DNA of 64,000 nt from positions 558,001 to 622,000 of the forward strand of contig CBFDEM010000039.1 in the NCBI GenBank assembly GCA_965603825.1, given 5' to 3'. The notes beneath the pieces were generated by a model. That model did not search any database. It was given only the letters and a program-made list of their open reading frames with translations, and was not told the DNA's origin. Source of the stretch: Blepharisma stoltei ATCC 30299. Lineage: Eukaryota; Protista; Ciliophora. Every line of letters begins with the position of its first letter. Within the stretch, counting starts at the first letter, position 1. The position numbers and the translations under genes are program-made. Of the stretch, positions 59,479 to 64,000 are shown one piece after another.

Positions 59479-62400
59479 TTAATAGTAAATATTTTTATTA
59501 TTACTTTGATTGTTGAGCTCCCTCAGACTAAATGTTCTTGATGGTGGAAATTCATCTTTTGACTCTTCTTCTAGCATCGTTGCAGAGCGATTGCCTTCAT
59601 GAGTAAACAGATCTTCTACAACCTCGACTTTTCTATTTTTTTCATTAGCGTGACGGTGAACAATGCCCAAAAATAAGTCCCTCATATCGCTATTCAGTGC
59701 CTTTTCAAGATCATCATCAAGAGGAATGCTAGGCACAGGATCATCACCTGGAATAATCGAGAAGAATTTGTCGCCTTCTTTTACAATAACATGAGCAGGA
59801 TGCTTCTTCTCAAAAATATCGTCACTTAGCCCGTCCAAAACGCGTCTGCTGAACCTCTTCCTCAGGCAAGGTACGAGATCACTTGCTATTTGAAGATAGG
59901 CTCCAAACATTTTTTTTACCCAGTAATTTAAGAAATAGATGTTTATTCCGCAAATTACAAAGAAAAAGACATTTTCAGAAACAGAGTCCAAAGAGTCTGT
60001 TAAATAGTAAAGGCCGCAGTAGATGGTTACTGACGCAACCATGATTGATCGGAGCTCCATTTGATTTAAAACTTCTCCATTGTAAGGCTTCTTATCATTT
60101 TGTAAATAAAGGCAAAACAAGAGCAGAATCATGACAGTTAATGCCTGGATGCTAGTAGAAATATTTGCTAAAAATACTGAACAGCACACAATCAAAATTT
60201 TCCTATATAAAATGATGAATTCCCAATAGTAGGCTCTATATTTATAGCCGTTGAAAAGAAATCCGAACTTCAATCTGACACTAATAGTATCCAAGGCCCT
60301 TTTATTTCTCCACAAAAAGAACAAGCTAACAGTTGGAATCCCAATTCCCCACACAATGATAGAAGGAACCGCTACCACCAAAGAGTAAAAGATATGCCTT
60401 GAGTTCCAACATCTGATATCCAAATTGTCCACTAGTCAGTATTCTCCACTATCGAGTTCTCTACAAGAAAACACCCCGAACATTGCTTTCACCAAATTGG
60501 GGTGGAAAAGGAACAGCAAAATGACAATGGTTGAGATCAAATCATTTTTAAAGGTTTTCGCTGATCGCTTGTAAATAGCCATCGTCCCCCAGAAGAGTAA
60601 AGATATTAATCCAATTACTATTGGGATAAGACTCATGAGGATCAGCTTATTGAAATAAACTTGATCCATGCCTTGTCCAGTGTCTAAGAAGCAATCAAAA
60701 GAGTAGGCCTGCTCACTTACAGACCCTGCTTGACTTTGAACAGCAAAGAGATCCACAACCAGGCTAGGCCAAGACAAATCAAAAGTAGTCATAAGCATAA
60801 TCATTTGCAAGTAGTTCGCAAAAATTTTGATATAGACTGAGTGAATTGCTTTGGGTTTGTAGGCACTGTTTCGGGTTGTCCTGACCATGACTCCACACAC
60901 AATAATAACTAGAATGCAAATCCCTATGACCTTAAAGGAATTGGTAACTTCATCAGGGCATTTCCCACATGTGTTTGAGCTTGATCTTGAGTAGCCTGTA
61001 TCGCAAGCTTGGCATAAGTTCCCTGTGTATCCTGTGCTGCACTCCCCTGTGTAAGAGAGATTTTTAGTAGAACTATAAGCCCCTCCTAAGCAGGCTGCCG
61101 AATTAGGGCAAGCAATGAAATTGTCTGAGTATTTGCCAGATCTCCAATAGCCACTTTGTGGAGCCATTGTCCAATTCCCATAGCAAGTAGCTGAATGTGA
61201 CGGACAAGTGAGACATTGGGTGTTGCTGGGGTCTAAGCTATAAAATCCTGAAGCACAAACTTCACAATTCACTCCAACTGTTGCTTCACCTATGATACAC
61301 TCTCTCATAGAAACAGCAACATCTACGGTGCTGGTAAAAGTTGCACCAGGAAGCTTGCTTTGCTTCGAAGTATCAATGCCTGTAGAAGTCACGTAAATTG
61401 ACACATCTGAGCCCGGCTCAGCAGAAACTATGAAACTCGGAAAGTAGTAGACCCCTTTCTGTGCTGTAGCTTTTGTAGTGCCTGATAGTGTCGTTGAAGT
61501 AGAATTCGTTGGGTATAATTGAGCTGTGCTGGAGCTGTCAGTCAACACTATGTTTCCGTAATAGTCTACCAGAGCTAATCTTAGCTCACTGGTCGTTTCC
61601 TGTCCTGACGCAATGCCTGATATTGACGTAGCAGTTGGGTTATCTTCAAGCCTTCTGGTATAGTCCACCAGCTTGCCATTCGCATCCACTGACATTAATT
61701 TTATTGCAAATGAAGAAATTTCTGCCGCATAAGAAGCTTTGTTGCCCTTAAAAGTATTATTAGTCTCAGAGGGACTGATATCTTCCCAGTTGATTCCTCC
61801 TCCATTGTATGTTGCTGTATTATTAAAAAATTTGTTAGAAGTCAAGTTAAATACGCAGCTTGTAAAATCTGTGCAGGCCAAGTTTATTCCTCCTCCGTTA
61901 CCTGTAGTTGGTATTGACCCTGTGTTTGTTTCTGTTGTGGTAGCATTGTTTCCTGTGAATTCTGAGTTGGAAACATTCAAATTAATATTATTTGTGTAGA
62001 TTCCTCCCCCTAATATGGCTGAGTTGCTATTAAATGTAGAACTTTTTATGATGTATGGATTCGTGATCTCGGTGTCGCTGGAAGTTGACAAGTACAAAGC
62101 TCCACCTTCTTCAGCAGTATTCGATTCGAAGGTGCAGCTAGTTATAGTAATTGATTCACAGGATACGCAGGTAAGTGCACCTCCACTTGCGCCAACTCCG
62201 TTGAGGAACTGAGAATTTTCGAGTTTCACTGAGTTCATTTTGGAGCCATAAATTGCGCCCCATTTGTAGTTCTTCATCACGGTTTTGGATACTTCGAGGT
62301 CGCTCTCATATGAATTGATGACTCCTCCTACATCTTTACTGTAGGAGTCAGTTAAAAAGCTGTTTTTGATAGTCAAAATGCTGCTGGAGTATGCTAGGAT

Positions 62401-64000
62401 TGCTCCACCTCCTCCTGTAGTTGCATTTGACCTTGTAAAAGTACAATTGTCCATAGTCACAGTACTAGAAATGGAAAAAATGGCTCCGGCTGAGCTGGTA
62501 CTAACTCCATCTGTAAAGGTAGAGTTATACATATCTACCTCGCTCTGGGTTGTAGCATAAATAAAGCTCCCCTGATCCCCACTTTGGCTATAAAACTTCG
62601 AATTCGAAATAGTCGCATCAGACAGTGTCAAAAGCATCCCAGGGGTTATTGAAGTAGCTGTATTTTTGTAAACAGTGGTCGTGTCTATGTTGATAGAAGA
62701 ATCAAGAAGGGCAATTGAGGCTTGATTGGCAGAACTGTTTTCGTGGACTGTTGAGTTCTTGAGAAGAGAAGTTGGTGAAGAAGAGCCCAACATATAAATG
62801 GCTGCTCCCTTATCAGTGCACTCATTTTGGTATATGAAAGAATTGGTGATGTTAAAGTAGGATTTCTGCTCGCTAAAGATGGCTCCTCCTGAGCCTCCAG
62901 CTGTATTTTCTTCAAAAGTGCAGTTTAGGCAGTAAAATGTAGATGCTGAGCCTAATGAAACGGCTCCGCCATCCTGAGTGGCTGTGTTTGAAGAGAAAAC
63001 TGTGTTAGTGCATTTAGCAAATGAAGCGTCAAGCAGCTTTATGCCTCCAGAAGCTTTCCCAGAATTATTTTCGATGACTGAATCTGAGTCAATCCAATAA
63101 TCGTAGTCCATTCACACTGGTATACCAGTGTTGGATGAGAATGTGCATGTATCGGTCTCAATGTGAGAATAAACATCTGAATTTGTCATATAAAGCACAG
63201 CAGCTCCTGAGTTTGAAGTAAATTTAATGCTCTTCATAAGTGTTTTGCAAATCGTGATGTCACTTTCAGTCGCAGTTTCCAGATATATTCCTGACGCTAC
63301 TCTCCCAATATTTGAGCTGAATTCACAGTTTTCTATATAAAAAGTCCCATCAGCAAACAAAGCTGAGAGGGTGCCTGAACTGGTCGCATTGTTTTTAGAA
63401 AAAGTAGTAGAGACAATTGACGAAGTTTTGTACTCATAGATTTTTAAGGCACTGCCCATATAAATTGCAGAACCATATCCACCTGTATTCTCAGTGAAAG
63501 TGCAAGATTCTACATTGAATATAATTGAGTTATATACGGCTCCTACATTTTCAAAGTATAGTCCGCCGCCATAACTAGACCCCAGGTTATTAGAAAAAGT
63601 GCATGAGACTGCTGTAATTGTAATTCTTCCTGTGGCGGTCTGCTGGATGCAAACTCCTCCACCATTTTTGGAAGCAGTATTTTTATTAAAGGTATTATCA
63701 TACATATAAAGATTCACCCCTGCAAAGAAAAGGCCACCTCCAGTCGTGCCTATATTCGACTCAAAAGTAGTTTCGTTAATTGTCATATTTAAAGCGCTCC
63801 CATCTGCACCGATAGCCCCATATCCTGTCTCTGCTAAATTTTCATTAGATTTTATAGAGCAGCTCATTATATGCGTTTCGTTGCCTCCATTTATATACAA
63901 TGAAGTTGGGTATTTGGTTGATTTTCCTGTATTGCCGCTAATAGTCACATCATTGAAAACATTGATGTTTGAGCTTGATACAAGTACATATGGTGTTGAA
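59479..64000 (-). CDS. Giant membrane protein copy 3 (5' part outside the window)
   Basis: Three track ORFs in one frame joined by TGA; same beta-helix, Cys-rich and multi-TM layout. Confidence 0.87.

Noticed and set aside
2087-62915. Short antisense or alternate-frame ORFs overlapping real genes (e.g. 2087-2491, 22239-22670, 35512-35934, 61739-61999)
   Set aside because: Shadows of coding sequence with no recognisable motifs.
43427-63948. Apparent fragmented pseudogenes or many small ORFs in the track
   Set aside because: Fragments are co-framed and separated by TGA codons that align with Trp; they are single intact genes.
490-63948. TGA as selenocysteine or cysteine
   Set aside because: TGA aligns with TGG and conserved Trp motifs, not Cys, and occurs in many unrelated proteins.
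1-64000. Mollicute or mitochondrial origin (both also use TGA=Trp)
   Set aside because: DYRK, RBR ligases, tubulin, a LINE and GT-AG introns are nuclear eukaryotic features.
1-64000. Germline (IES-containing) assembly
   Set aside because: Many kb of coding sequence are uninterrupted; insertions occur only in decayed copies, which fits somatic DNA better.
1-64000. tRNA, rRNA or snRNA genes
   Set aside because: None recognised by eye; tRNAscan-SE or Infernal would be needed to exclude them.

Overview
AT-rich, gene-dense eukaryotic DNA. It uses a variant nuclear code (TGA=Trp; only TAA/TAG stop) and has 15-nt spliceosomal introns. Together these point to the somatic (macronuclear) genome of a heterotrich ciliate, most likely Blepharisma (inference). 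The supplied standard-code ORF track therefore breaks many intact genes into pieces. Re-read with TGA=Trp, the window holds: 3 tandem HIBCH-like crotonase genes; ALDH3, a thioredoxin-fold membrane protein, a DYRK kinase, an LRR protein and an FMO; and 4 RBR (RING1-IBR-RING2) E3 ligase copies, one truncated by a ~5 kb APE-RT-CCHC non-LTR retrotransposon. These are followed by succinyl-CoA ligase beta, a divergent DDX41-like helicase, 8 Cys-rich surface/secreted protein copies (5 intact, 3 pseudogenes) with a decayed beta-tubulin-like gene among them, PP2C and a 4-TM protein. The window ends with three tandem giant genes (two complete, ~2457 aa each) encoding signal peptide + Notch LNR repeats + Pmp-like beta-helix + Cys-rich stalk + ~9-TM domain. 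The most interesting signals are this receptor/channel-like array, the LINE whose Trp codons are all TGA and whose endonuclease has a clean internal deletion, and several short insertions flanked by direct repeats inside pseudogenes.
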